Shown here piece after piece: positions 1 to 33,472 of a stretch of 64,000 nt of DNA. The translations under genes were made by a program, and so were the position numbers. Origin of the DNA: Chrysomallon squamiferum (taxonomy: Eukaryota; Animalia; Mollusca). Positions within the stretch are counted from its first letter, which is position 1, and each line of letters opens with the position of its first letter. Location: positions 17,608,001-17,672,000 of the forward strand of contig CM022672.1 in NCBI GenBank assembly GCA_012295275.1. Reading direction: 5' to 3'. The notes beneath the pieces are model-generated. The model worked only from the letters and a program-made list of their open reading frames with translations, searched no databases and was not told where the DNA came from.

Positions 1-273
1 ACATTAACAAGCAAATTCAAATGGCATTTTTAGAAAACAGAATATATGTTTCAATAAATACATACACTGTATAATTTTTTCACTAACAAAAAAAACTTTT
101 GGATCAAAATAATTTTATAATTATATATATATATTCAGTGGTTGTTTATTTTTTTAAATTTTCTTTATACATATTAGTCAGTATTTGAAGTGTGTTTATT
201 ATACAATACTGCATTAATGTCAGTGGTCAGATGAGCAAAATGGATTTGTTTCAGGGGTGATGTTTTACTGTTT

Positions 274-355
274 GAAAACAACCTCTCTGTACACTCTGGA
301 AAACAACCTCTTTGTACACTCTGGAAAACAACCTCTCTGTACACTCTGGAAAACA
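274..355. repeat. 25-bp tandem repeat, about 3.3 copies
   Basis: GAAAACAACCTCTCTGTACACTCTG. Confidence 0.9.
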
Positions 356-431
356 AAACAGTCACAGTCTGTGTTGTTACTAGTTAATCTCATTTCAAAA
401 GCTGGACTTCACAGGACTTGCAAATCCAGTG

Positions 432-484
432 CACTTGTCTTTAATACAAGACTCACTTGTCTTTAATACAAGACTCACTTGTCT
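432..484. repeat. 22-bp tandem repeat, about 2.4 copies
   Basis: CACTTGTCTTTAATACAAGACT. Confidence 0.85.
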
Positions 485-891
485 GTAAGTCTTCAGTGTG
501 TATTTTGTTAACAGATTTTATTTTATAAACTCTATTTCTATACATCAGTGACTCTCAAACTGTTTTGCTTTCAGGACTTCTTTACACTCTTTAAACAACA
601 CTGACCGAGGAGCCCCAAAGCTTATGTGTTTATGTGAAGCAGATCATGATAAAGGTGATAAAGGCAAATAACATCTTAGCATTGCTGTGAAAAATGCTCT
701 GATGCGCTGAAACGTCTTGGGGGCCACTGTGTCTACATGTGTGTGTGTGTGTGTGTGTGTGTTTGGTGACCCTTATGAGTGTTGAAACAACACTTTGAGA
801 ATTGCTGCTGCCCACAAAAAGGCAAACGACAAATGTTTGTTGTTGTTTTTTTCTTCAAATCTTTGTTAATTGTGTTGTGTGTTTGTTTCAG

Positions 892-20563
<19,672 letters not shown>

Positions 20564-20844
20564 ATAAAATTTTGTTTCCAGATCTGTAACAGACAGGTTC
20601 CTGTTTGTAATCCTGCAAAGACAAAAAAAAAAAAGTAAAGATGGGTAATTTATCCAGAGTTTGAGAAGTGCAAGCTTTATAACCACAGAACCAAATGAGC
20701 TGATGTTGTTGGAGGTTATAAAGAAGTACGTCAGATCAATTTCTTGCAACTACTTGCTCAAAACTGAAGAACTAGCAAATTTTTCTGAAATCACCAGTTC
20801 TTCCTGATTATTATCATTTTTACTGTGGGACTAGTTAACCCACA

Positions 20845-21250
20845 CAGGACATGTTATCCACCCAAATCTATCTAGGATGTATAACTGACTGAATCATACA
20901 TGACAAGATGTCCATTCAAGCCGATGCTGGATTTGTTGGATGTTCAAACTGATTTAGGACACATTTCATTTAAACTGAAATAGGACAAGTTATCAAAACA
21001 AGCTGCTGAAGGATGTGTTTTCCATTCAAACTAACAGCAGAACAAATTATCCATTCAAAAGATACTGGACACAGCATGTGAAACATCTGTTCAAGTTAAA
21101 TACAGGACATGTTATCAACCGAAGTGGATTAAGGACAAGATATAGGATATATTACAGCTGCATATGACATATCTGGTCAAACTGATAGTGGAACATTTTA
21201 TAAACTCAGATTAACAAAGAGCAGGTCAGCCATTCAAGCAGATGTAATGA
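20845..21250. repeat. Highly diverged repeat of about 28-29 bp in the PLC-epsilon 3' UTR
   Basis: AGGACA(T/A)GTTATCCATTCAAACTGA-like units. Confidence 0.65.
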
Positions 21251-21571
21251 CATGCAGTTTCTGCAGGCTTACCTGTAAAGTGTGTACAACAGATGACTTG
21301 TTTTTTTACTCAGTGATCTCTTTGCCGAGCAAATTGTAACAGTATAATCTGTGTGTTCATCCACTGTGACAACAGGAATTATCATTTGTGTATCAGACAC
21401 TGATCCATGAAACACCAGAGTTCAAGAAGAAATGTTAGACAACACAAGAATAATAACATCATCGAGAGACTCATTTAGTGTATACATTACTTTTTTTATA
21501 ATGTAAATCCTACTGGAATAATGGAAGGTTTTTAATGATTAACTGACTGGTCTTCATTGATCACACTGGAG

Positions 21572-21608
<37 letters not shown>

Positions 21609-22062
21609 TTGGTGTGCAGGCAGTTCTCCTGAAGAATTGTAATAAGATTATTATCATACTGTTAATGATGGGAGATTTTCTATTAACGACTGGTGGGTTT
21701 TTTTTTTTTTTTTTGACTCTTCACACCAGAGAAACCATGTAGGTATAGTCAGTGTGTGTGGTACAGTTCGGAAAAGATACCAGGCATGATGACAAATCAA
21801 AATGAAACACATTCAAGTGCCTCCCTTTTGTTTCTTGTGCAAGATGCTTATGATATAACAAAACAAAACAAAAAATGGCTGTTCTTGTGAAGGATGGCGC
21901 ACTGAGGATTGATCTCATTATTTCAAGATTCGTTCTTTACAAAACTCTTAGACTGTGATGGCGTTTTGAGACTTTCTTTATTCATGATTTGTTATGGTTG
22001 TTGAGAAGTGATGTTGTGATGCGAAAATATCCAGAATCTTATAGATAATGGAAAAATAAATA

Positions 22063-22097
<35 letters not shown>

Positions 22098-22184
22098 GCT
22101 GTGATGATAATGGATAAAGAAATTTGTTATATATGAATATTATATTGTTAGAAGTGATAAAATAATAATGATAATAATAATAAT

Positions 22185-22230
<46 letters not shown>

Positions 22231-23128
22231 CAGGTGAATGATTATTGTTTTGGGGAGTTTTTATATAAAAAGAAAAATTATCTTATTACTGTTATGAGTT
22301 ATTATTTGTCTCTGTGTTGGTTATAACTGTTATGTTATGTTGTAATATATTATGTGTATAGCTTTTAAGTGTCCGCAACAATCAAAGGTGCCAATATCTT
22401 TCAAAAGCCAAAGCCCTTCTTGTACAAGCTAATTTACTTAGAAATCAAAACTGGTAAATGTTTATATTCTCCCTGTTCCCTCTAGTCTTTGAGTTGTTAT
22501 ATAATGGAAGTTAAGTTTCAAAATTAATGTGTTTATATTTTGCAATACATCCTAATTCCTTACAACAGGACAATTCAATTAAATGATGCAAAAACAAGAA
22601 TGTTGTTATTATTAAAATTAATAATGCAATCATAAGAATTTCATTTCTGCTTCTCTGTAGTTGTTTAATGATCATATTGTAATCCAAATCTACACTTTAT
22701 GCGACTGAATTATTTTGGAAGTAAATTTATAACAGTATGCGATAGACAGATACACACACACATATATATTATTGTACATACACATACAAACATAAAATAT
22801 ACATGCATATTATATATACATACACACAAAAAACAACAACACAAACACACATACACAAATACATTCAAACATACATACATACAGAAGCTGAAACAAATAT
22901 CCATACACCTATGATAAAACATGCACATGGACAAACATGGACATACACAAAAGTTTGTGACCATAATGAAAACCAAGAACGTCTATTTGTAGAATGAAGA
23001 TTTACATTAGTTAATCTTAGTTTACTTCTGAGGAATCAACAGAAATACCAGAACCAAATTTAGGATATTATTGCAAAATAGAAACACATTATATTATTTA
23101 TATGTGAGTTCAGTTACGTGAATGCGGA

Positions 23129-23135
23129 TGTGTGT

Positions 23136-23212
<77 letters not shown>
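23129..23212. repeat. (TG)n microsatellite
   Basis: Direct reading. Confidence 0.93.
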
Positions 23213-23215
<3 letters not shown>

Positions 23216-24200
23216 TACTGATGTTTGTTTAGAATTAAAGTTAATACTAGTAACTAGTTGCAGTCTTGTAGTATACAAAAAAAAAAAAATACTGTACTGA
23301 GATAATGGGAACAGGAGAGCATAGTTTATCAAGTTGTATTTTTACTGTCAAAGTATTGCATCCATTCTGTTTAAAGTTTTCATGTCACTGTGTTATTGCT
23401 GTGTTAGCCTAATTATTATGATCATGCATAATAACCACTCAATATACATTACCTTATTTTTGAGATCACGTACAATATTTGTGACATTTAAGTTTAGTGA
23501 TAGCCATAGTCAGTGGGGTGTTTTATAATTTTATGTGGATTTTGTCTGTTTGTAAGAAGCATCATACATTTATTTTTATACATAGATTATATAAATTTTT
23601 ATTTGTAAAATATATACTGATTATAGATTAACTTCTTAAATGATTGAGATACATCATGCCAAACTCATAATGGTATAAATAATGGCAGAAATGTAATGTG
23701 GCTTTTAAAAAAAACTCTTCTTTTATTTTATGTGAACTTGCATTTATAATGAATTTTATTAAAATACACACCTATATATATATATATATATCTATAAATC
23801 ATTCAGCATTACATTTTACTGAAATATATTTTTTTAATACAATCTAATATCTGATTTAACTGGGTTGTTAATGTTTAAATATTTGTTAAATCCAGTTAAA
23901 TTCATATAATATTTTTGTTTAATATGACATTTTTTAATCTAATAATATTGATGATAATAGCTGCCACAATTAAATAAACAATATATATGTCTATAAATTT
24001 CTTTATTATAGTTAACATTTGCTTAATAAACTAATAACATACAATATAAGTGTACTTATGAAAATCTCTTCAAATATGGCTGATAGTTTCAGCTAAGCCA
24101 TATTCAAGTTATGTACACATCCACATCCAAACTGTCAAATATGAGGGTGACAATAAATTATCTTTGACATAAATACAGCTCAAAATTTCTTCACTTTATC

Positions 24201-24237
<37 letters not shown>

Positions 24238-24699
24238 TTTCAACATTTACATACACATTTATGTAAAAAATACACCCACAAAAAAAATACATCAAAGTAC
24301 AGACAAATAAATGAAACAAATATACCCATATGGTGTAAAATATAACATACACTGCCTATTGTCAAACTCAGGCAAATGTAAAATTCAAATAAAGTTTTGT
24401 AATAATCAGTAATCAAAGTTTAACAAGTCTGTCAGCATTCAAAATAATCATTATACTTTATAATTTATCAAATTAAAAAAAATTACTTTAAATTTTATCA
24501 TTTTTGTGACTCTTTTAACTAGAAATAAGTGATATTGAGCAGTATGTCAAGTCATTTTCGTATTAAGAATTATTAGGTATCAGTCATACATCTCACTGGA
24601 TGATTGTTTTTTTCTAATTGAAATTCCAAAATCAGAAAAACTCTGATGTTTTCCAACCTGCAGAAATATTTTACAGTTTTGGGATTGTTTTGCATATAC

Positions 24700-24897
24700 A
24701 AGCTTTATCTTACGCACAAAATTAATTTAACATATTATATAAAAAAAAAAAATTTAAAATCCTGAAAACTGTTTATATAGGCTATATATCAAATATAAAT
24801 GGAATTCACATTTAGACTTAGATCCTTATATTCTGAAATCCAAAATCTGAAATGTTTCTGGTCCCAAGCCTTTTGAATAAAAGATTCTAAACCTATA
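24700..24897. mobile_element. pogo/Tigger (Tigger4/MER46-like) DNA transposon end fragment
   Basis: TCCAAAATCTGAAATGTTTCTGGTCCCAAGCCTTTTGAATAAAAGATTCTAAACCTA-TA resembles the Tigger4/MER46 terminus as recalled; the upstream GCACAAAATT..ATAAATG..TTTAGACTT also fits; ends in TA. Confidence 0.6.
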
Positions 24898-24944
24898 TTA
24901 GAATTATAGATACAATCTGCTGGATCCACTCCAAGTGTTAATGA

Positions 24945-25085
24945 TTAAACAGCAAGGAATCTTTTATAAACAGAAAAACAACATCATTAACTGTGATATA
25001 TATATATACCAGTCACTGATCACTGTTTGGTAAAGGATATAACCTAATGGTTCTATTAGGGAGGTATTGATCCTATGGCTCTTTG
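24945..25085 (-). mobile_element. Degenerate tRNA-derived SINE relic with Nin-like core
   Basis: AGCAAGGAATCTTTTATA, TATACCAGTC..CACTG and a reverse B-box-like ATTGATCC occur in the order recalled for molluscan Nin-domain SINEs. Confidence 0.45.
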
Positions 25086-28079
25086 CTTATTGGGTTAATG
25101 TTCTTTTCTTAAATAACATGTATATTAGAAAAATAACCTAAATTTACAACAGATGTAAGGACTTTTATATTTTATTATTAATTCCCATTATTTTAACCAT
25201 GCATCATTTTAATAATTTTTCAACTTTATCTTAATTTCGTATCTTTTTTTCCTTTTCCTTTTCCTCCCTCTCTTTCCAGTTTTAATTATACAACTTTTAT
25301 TTATTAATTATATCTGAACACAAAAGACTGAAAATAATATTTGAGCTTTTTTTATGTTTCAGGCTAGCTTTTGTTGTGCATATATTAAACAACAGGTGTG
25401 ATTTCTGCATTTGTTTGTGTTCCATGTTACACTGTCAAATCTTTTATTCTTTTTTATTGTTTACTGGAACAAAACCACAATGATGAAGCGTGTCTGTTGT
25501 ATGTGAGTTAGAGAGAGATTAAAAATTTTGTACACCAAATTTAATTTATTTACTGTTGTATTTCATAAACAGATTATTTAAGAAGTTTAAATCTTTTACA
25601 GAAAAAAAAAAAAAATAATGCTTTACAACCATTTTGTTGTTGTGTATTATTTAATTACATAATTAGCCAAAACTACCTTTGTTTGTATATAAGTGGTGTA
25701 CAAAAGTTGTTTAAAAAAAGAAAAATCACTGTGTTGCTTTCATTTTATTTAACATTTTTAAATTCATGTTAAATGTTGTTGGTTTTTTTTGTATTCTTGT
25801 ACCATGTTGAATGTATTTTTTGTCATCCCACTGTATCATTTTTTTTTTTTCTGTAATGAATAATGTAAATATTAAATATTTATTACAATTATTTGTGCAT
25901 ATAAATTAAACATTATATATATATATATATATATATGAAAAATGTTTGATAAAATGTCTCTTTTTTTTTTGCACCATATGAAGTTCTGTTTATTATTATC
26001 CACTGTTTTGTATGATACAAGCAAAAGCTGTTATATTTCTAAAGAAATATAATGATATTTAAACTAACTGATATATAATTATAGCCTAGTTCTGAACGGT
26101 TGTCATGGTAGCTCAGTGTACATTACTGTTAAAATACCTATATGATGATGTGAATCAGTGACGGTGTATACCTTTAGCAGTGATAAATTGTTTTGTCTGT
26201 GCTTTTCTGTACATTTCTAACATGGAAGGTATGAAAGGTGTTTTGTCTGTCTTTCTGATTTATATTTTTAAGAATCTGTTATATTTTCTTTTCTGAATAG
26301 TTAAACCAAAATCTTTTCATCTAGAAATCCAACTGGTGGCATTTAGCCGCCGATATTTGTTTACTTTATATTGTTTGTATGTGTATTTTTGAAGTGTATA
26401 CCTCTTAATTTAAAAAAAAATGACCACAGTGGTATAAATAGCAAAACAGTTTAATATATTATTGTTCTATTGCTTCCTCTTGTACATCAGACCCAAATAC
26501 ATTATTTAAGGAGAGAGTTTTTTTTTTTTCTTTTGTATAAACTGATGTACATTTTCACACTGTAAAAATGTAAATAGCTAAATTTGTATTCTATTACACT
26601 GGCTACAGTTTGAAACCAATACAATGGAACATATCAAGATAAATATATGTCACTATTAAAATTGTTTTTGTTTTCATTTACATTTCATAAGCAACAAACA
26701 GTGAGATTATTGCATAAATGAATAAAAATGACACTTTCTTTAGTATCTAAACACATTCATTTTAATGGTTAATGTAAAAACAATATATATATATAACAAT
26801 ATGTATATATTGTTTTTACTTCAACCTCTACATTACCAGCAAGGATCATTATTTGGCTGATTGTCTGTGAGTGTGGATGTGACTGTGTGTAATGATTCTA
26901 TCTATATATCTATCTATTTACATATATATATAATAGATAGATAGATAGAAAGATATGTAGATAGATTAACAGTTTATTTGAGTGAGTGTAACTGTTTAAA
27001 CTTCACAAGGAAAGCAACCAAGTGCTGAACTAACAGAGAAATTAAAGTTTCAAAACTGCATTTATTTTAACATTAACAGAACGTCCAGTTACGTCTTACA
27101 TTTGTTTCACTGCTTCAAAATTTTTATTTCTTCAAAACTAAGACTGAACAAGCAATGAAGTAGTGTACACTAAATTGCATGCAGTAGGATAATTTTTTAA
27201 GATTTTCTAACCTGCTGACACTTAACTAACCTTTCCTAATAATTTTTCTTTAACAAGTGTATGTTCAAGAAATCAGCAATTCATGGAAAACTATGAAACA
27301 CATGTAAGAAAAGATCCAAAAAGCCAAATTGTTTCTAGTCATCCACAAAGCTACTGTTGTCAGAATATTACCAGATCATATCTTTTTTTTGACATGAATT
27401 ATTCCAAATGTGATGTGATTTGAAAACCATTCTTTCAGATTATTGTGAAAATACTTCCAGGATTATTTTTTGTAATAAAAGTTAGAATATTCAGTTTTTA
27501 ATGAACTCTTGTTTTCTGAAAATGGAAAGTAAATACACAGCAGGCACAAAGTCACACAAAAGACTACAAAAATATTAAAATAATTTATTCAAGTGTATCA
27601 TACTGGTAACACACAAACAGTATGTGATGTACACATGGGGTAAAGAGTGCTACTACAAACTACCAAGGCTTGTTATTGCACAAATGAATGGATGATTTCA
27701 GATCTGTTTTTCTTCTCTTCTAATGTAACACCTGTTAATTAATCCTAAAATAACAAAGTCAGTTACAGATAAGTAGGAAAACTCTAGTTATCCTGATATA
27801 AGAGTGATTTTTGGTCAAAATACTTTTAAGATACTATTTACCTGAAATAAGAAAGAAAGAAAAATTACATTTGCACTTTACAGACAAATATCAAAACACA
27901 GATGAGTATATTTAAATAAAAACTAATAAAACTTTACAAACTGAATCTTTTAAAATAATTTGTTTGTGATTTAAAGATAATATAAATTTTTCAAAATTAT
28001 CTTTATGAATTTTAGATTTAAGTTTATGGACAAACTGAGAAAAAAAAAAATATACTACAAATTATTATTGCTAGAAGCA

Positions 28080-28115
<36 letters not shown>

Positions 28116-31100
28116 GCTCTTTTTTAATTTAATATTAATAAAAATTCACCAAGAGAAGATATCTTTAAATACAATCAATTATAATATACTTTAATATTGC
28201 AAAGAATATTATTTTTATTTTATTTTTTTTAAACAATTTATTTGTATTTCTACTTTACAATAAATTCATGTTCATATCATATAAAAATAACAATTAAATA
28301 TCATCCAGAAAGCACTAAATGTGAAATTTAGTCACAATGTAAGAATGTGCCAGTATATACATACAAGAATTTCGAGTGTGCTGAAATATAATATAAAACA
28401 CGTTACACAAGGCCAAATATAGATGTACAGAGAGTGTATTTAAGTTGAATATAAGTTGTTAAGCATGTTGAACATGCTGAACATGTTAAGCAAAAATCAG
28501 TGACTGAAAGGACAAGTTAAAACAACAACAACAACAACAACAATAATAATAATAAAAATAATAATAATCTATTAGATAAACAAACTTGTAAACATAACAT
28601 CAATATTTTTATTGCTGTATTCCTGCTGAAAACAAAACTAGGGAAAAGAGAAACCAAATTGTTACTTCAGTTAACAACATTTCTTTAAAACTGTGGATAT
28701 GTTTATATACAACATAAAGACACGAGATCAATAAACAAATAAATTTATAACAGTATAAATCTGTGTCAGAACCTGATAACTGACAAACTGTTGGGTACTC
28801 ACAATATCAAAAAAAAAAAAAAAGCAGTAAAAAAGCAATACAATGTTTTGTAAATGAGTGTGGACTCAATCACAACAAAGAAAACAAAAACTTACTTCTT
28901 GATGATACTATAACTTGATACTGTTGCTCAGGGAACAAATCATTAACTCTGTCATGAGCTAGACATAAAGTGACTGAATATTTTGTCAATAATTATTTGT
29001 GACTTTTAATACCTTCTATTTCTAGAGTAAACACATGGTAAGCCAGTGATTTCTAACAACAATGTTTCTAGTTATAAAGTATATTTATTTTTTATTAACA
29101 ATGACTAATAACCAATCATTTGCTAGTTATCATTTTAGTCTACTGATAACAATTATTATTATCTCTGATATCTGTTATATTAAGAGATTTGAATATTTTG
29201 AAACTCTAATTAGTAGTAACACTGATGTATGTTTTTAAAGATTTCATACGACAAACAAGACAAACAAATATTATCAAACCTCTAACGAGTCTAATATGAA
29301 ATAATAATAATAGTAATAGTAGTAGTAATAATAATAATAATAATAATAATTTCTGATTTCTCAAGTTCTTTAGATACAGATTTTTTTTCAATCAACCCAG
29401 GTCTTATGGATAACAGCAGTGTTCAGTTATTAATGCTTACAATAAAAAATAAACATTAATAGTAGAACTATTATCAGTCGTGACAACATAAACAAAACAC
29501 ATTTACAATCAATGAAAAAATAATGCAAGTTTGTGAAGACCATTTGAAAATAAAGCAAGTATTGTTACATGTTACATCATTATCAAAGAGAAAAAAGTTT
29601 AAGACTATAAGAATGAAAGTCTGGATTTTGCATCCAATCAATTTTCAAAACTGTTGAGGCATTTTCTTTGTTTTCTGATAGATGAATAGAAATTATAACT
29701 TTCACCTGAGCAAATAACTCTCAAACTTTGGCACAACTGTCATGGTTGTCTTAAATATCAAAACCCACATTAAATGATGATACTAACTTTCAAATTATTT
29801 CTTAATCACTTCCAGTAATGACACAATCACTGTTTTAATGATGGTAATGAAAATATCAACAGCTGCCTCAGATATTTTAACAAATGGATGAAAAGCAGTA
29901 ATTTTCATTCTTATAGCCTAGTCATTTCATGTTGATTTAAAAAAAAAAAAAATTCTTAAATTCTCAGACCTCCATATTGTTACAGATATGTACACTAACA
30001 GGAACAAATAAACAATGGCAAGTTAATGACAAACTGTTCAATAATAATAACAGGAATTATATGTAACCCCAAGCCATTGCTGCCTTTAATCCACCCTAAT
30101 TATATTGTCTTACAATATTCAGAAAAATATTGTGGTTTTTTTGTTTGTTTTTTTTGCTTTTGTGGTTTTTCTAATTAGTATCTTTAAACTTCACTTATTC
30201 CACTGTTATTTACAGTCAAGAATGATATTTACAGTGATCCAAAATGTGAAGAAAGCATGATAGCAAAAGCAACCAGTTTGGCACTGTCATACAACACTGC
30301 AAAAAGAAAATATATTTTAAACTTCTTTTGTTGATTTACACAATGCAATTTCACACTCAAAACAAACATTATTTCAACTGTTTTAACACAATTAAAACGT
30401 GATTTTTGGTCATCAAAACTAAACTGTTAGTGAAGAGATTTTAAGATGTCAGATCTTAAAGCACTTTGGGTGCAGATTTATAAATTTATGAAATGGCAAC
30501 AAAAATTGCATCACATACATTACAAAAACAAATTATTTAACAACTTGTTTGTGATTTCAGTTCATCTCCAGATGTAGAAAGAAACTTAAAAGCCTGGTTC
30601 CATTAGAACACTTTAACAAAGGTTAGAACAGTAGATTAGCAACTAAAAAAAAATAAGTTTTTTTTTAATAGTGACCAGAGTTTGGTGCTGAGGTAATGAA
30701 TGCCAACAGATTGCCTCTGTTGTTTGGTTTAAAACAACAACTGGGCTAAAAGAAAAATATGATTATTTTATATTGCCTCCAACATTTCTTGTTTTTATTT
30801 CACATTTACTGGACAAACATGCAGATAATTTTCAATTATGCATTAAACATGTATCACTAAATGTATAGAATCTGATTAGCATTTAGAACATTATAAATAT
30901 AATGATATACACTTTTAACATATATTCTTCAAAAAAAAATCTCTGCTTGAATTAAAAGAAAAGGGATGACAGAAAATTTACTTAGGTATGTCCAAGATGA
31001 CACTCAATATTACCAGTTCTAAATATTTTGTATCAGCCAATATGAGAAACTTACCTTTAGTTGGGTATACAGTTATTAATAAATAATAATTTATCAGTGA

Positions 31101-33295
31101 CAATATGTTAAGAAAAATCCAAAGTGATCATAAAGTTTCAAAAATATTTCATTAAATTTTAATTCAGGACTATAATTTTGTATTGTGTATGTGAGTGTGT
31201 ACTATATATAACATAATTTAAAATGGAAGCTTATTTTTGTAAATATTTAACTAAAATGGCACAAGTGACATTTTGCATGTGCAAGTATAAATTGTGATCT
31301 TATGGCACTAACCCATATCAAGCTGAATATAAAACACTGAATTCATGAAAAATACTGATTTGGTACAATATAGTTATTCGACTAGGGTTCACCTATATCC
31401 TAACTATATATGGAACTGGCACAATGGGCTTATAATCACCAAAATATACTGTATGTGTATTATTATATTTGTATATATCATAGTTGCTGTTTATAATCTT
31501 GTTTGATTTTACTATTCTGAAAACGTTTTCAATTAGATTTCCTTTTGTTTCTTTTTGTTTTGGAATAAAAATTATAAAGTAAGTCATCTTGTCACTAGAG
31601 TCGATTTTATTCTTTGTTATGCAGTCCACAACTCTTAATCTAATACTTGCTCTTTCAGTTGTAAACAAATTCTAATCATAACAAAAATGTGGTATACATT
31701 CGTTGTGTTGAAATACAGACTACATTCTGGACAAGTTAAACAATGGCCAATTTAAAGAAAGAACAAAAATTACTTGAGAATAATTTTAACATGACATCAG
31801 GTATAGTATAAACAAACACAATGAGTCTACTAACAAACAAGTAACAATAAATCACAAACAGAACAGATGAAAATTAAATTAAAATTATATGTCATTATAA
31901 TTACATTTTTTTTATTATTATTTTCTTTCATTTGTTTTTAGCTGCAAACAATCCACCTGTAAAATAATAATTTGTTAAAAATGATCTATATGACTTTTAA
32001 TATTTACAAACTGCACCTGATGTGAAGTACCTAAAATTTAAATTTTTGGGGTACATCAGAGCAACTGATCAAAGTTATTAACAAGACTTTTTCTTTCTTC
32101 TTAGAAATTTACACAATGATTTTAGTTTAATGACAAACATAAAAAAAAAAAAAAAGAAGACTAAACATAGAAATGACATCAGATTTAATAAAAAAGTTCT
32201 CTATTTATATTTCATAACAGATTTTGAAATTTCCATTCTGAAAAACAAAATAAAACATATTTTACTTGATATATCCTCAGTAAGTAAATAAATATGAATT
32301 TTAATTAAATAGTGTTTTAACACAACTGCTATTGCCATATACTATTTTATATTACTTTAAATGGAAAAGAAGGTTACATTATTTTTACATGATTATTATC
32401 TAGAAAATAAAATTTCTAATTAGCATTGAGGAGTTTTAAACTGTATACTGAGCAAATGAAAATCAAAACTATTACAAATAAAAACAATTATAATAATAAT
32501 GATATTTAATAACAAAAATAAAATAAAATCAACTAAATTTGTGTTGAAAAATAAAATAAATGTTTCTGTCATGGACATTTTAAAAATAAAACACCTCTCA
32601 AATCAACATAATGTTAAGAAAAGAAATCTGCTGTCAGTCCAATATATCAATGTCAAACACAATAAAAACCCAATAAAAACATGTATAGTCCATTAAAATT
32701 CAATTTCATTATTTACTTCTATTATAGCAACATTAATATGAAACCATAGACAGTAATTTTGTCATTAAAAGTCATTTTCCTTTCTTTACAGGCAAATTTA
32801 TTGCAGTGTGTCACTTTTATGTTAATCACAATCAGTGATTATTAAAAAATAAAATAAAAGTTATTCTCAATTTTTGTGAACAGATAAACTAATAAAACTT
32901 GGAAAGCTGGCATAAACTATGATTCCCTTCACTGAAGATCAAATTTAATTCCAATGTCAAGTGAGAAAAAACTGAATTTTCTCAAAACAGTCTCTGTGAT
33001 ATGAAAATACTTCATGTGAAAGTTACATTCGTGGGATTGCAAAATAATGGATTAAAGATAACTGTTTATCCCTTCCATTTCAGAGAACGAAGAAAAACTT
33101 TATACATCAGAAATACAGTTATTTCTGAAATTTAACTCCTTAATCCAGATAGAAAATAACAAAATGTGTTGAACAGTTCAACATCTGATTAAAATCACAT
33201 TCCAGCCAAATCACTGGAATTGTCAACACTCCAGAGAATCTGATGGTGCCCAGGTATCAAGAAAAATGTACAGCTGCATCTGAATTAATCGCACT

Positions 33296-33472
33296 TCACT
33301 GAATAGAACAAAAAGAACTTTTTGTTTGATTTGACACTGGAAGTGCTGATGGGTCCTTGTTTTTGTACTGAATAATCTCAGCTTTCACAACCTGCTGATG
33401 CTGGTCAATGTCTGGTTTCGTTAGTTTTATTCCCAGAATCTCGGCAGCTATTTTTTGAAAAGTCAAGTTAAC
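33296..33472 (-). CDS. RAB28: RAB28 exon 6
   Basis: [20 protein letters not shown]. Confidence 0.95.
   Translation of the reverse strand, partial: VNLTFQKIAAEILGIKLTKPDIDQHQQVVKAEIIQYKNKDPSALPVSNQTKSSFCSIQ

Noticed and set aside
402-660. Two exon-like segments upstream of the first PLC exon
   Set aside because: Splice-like motifs are present, but there is no PLC similarity, one segment is a tandem repeat, and the phase does not fit exon 892.
31393-31668. 91-aa minus-strand ORF
   Set aside because: AT-rich composition, no ATG start, no motif or supporting splice structure.
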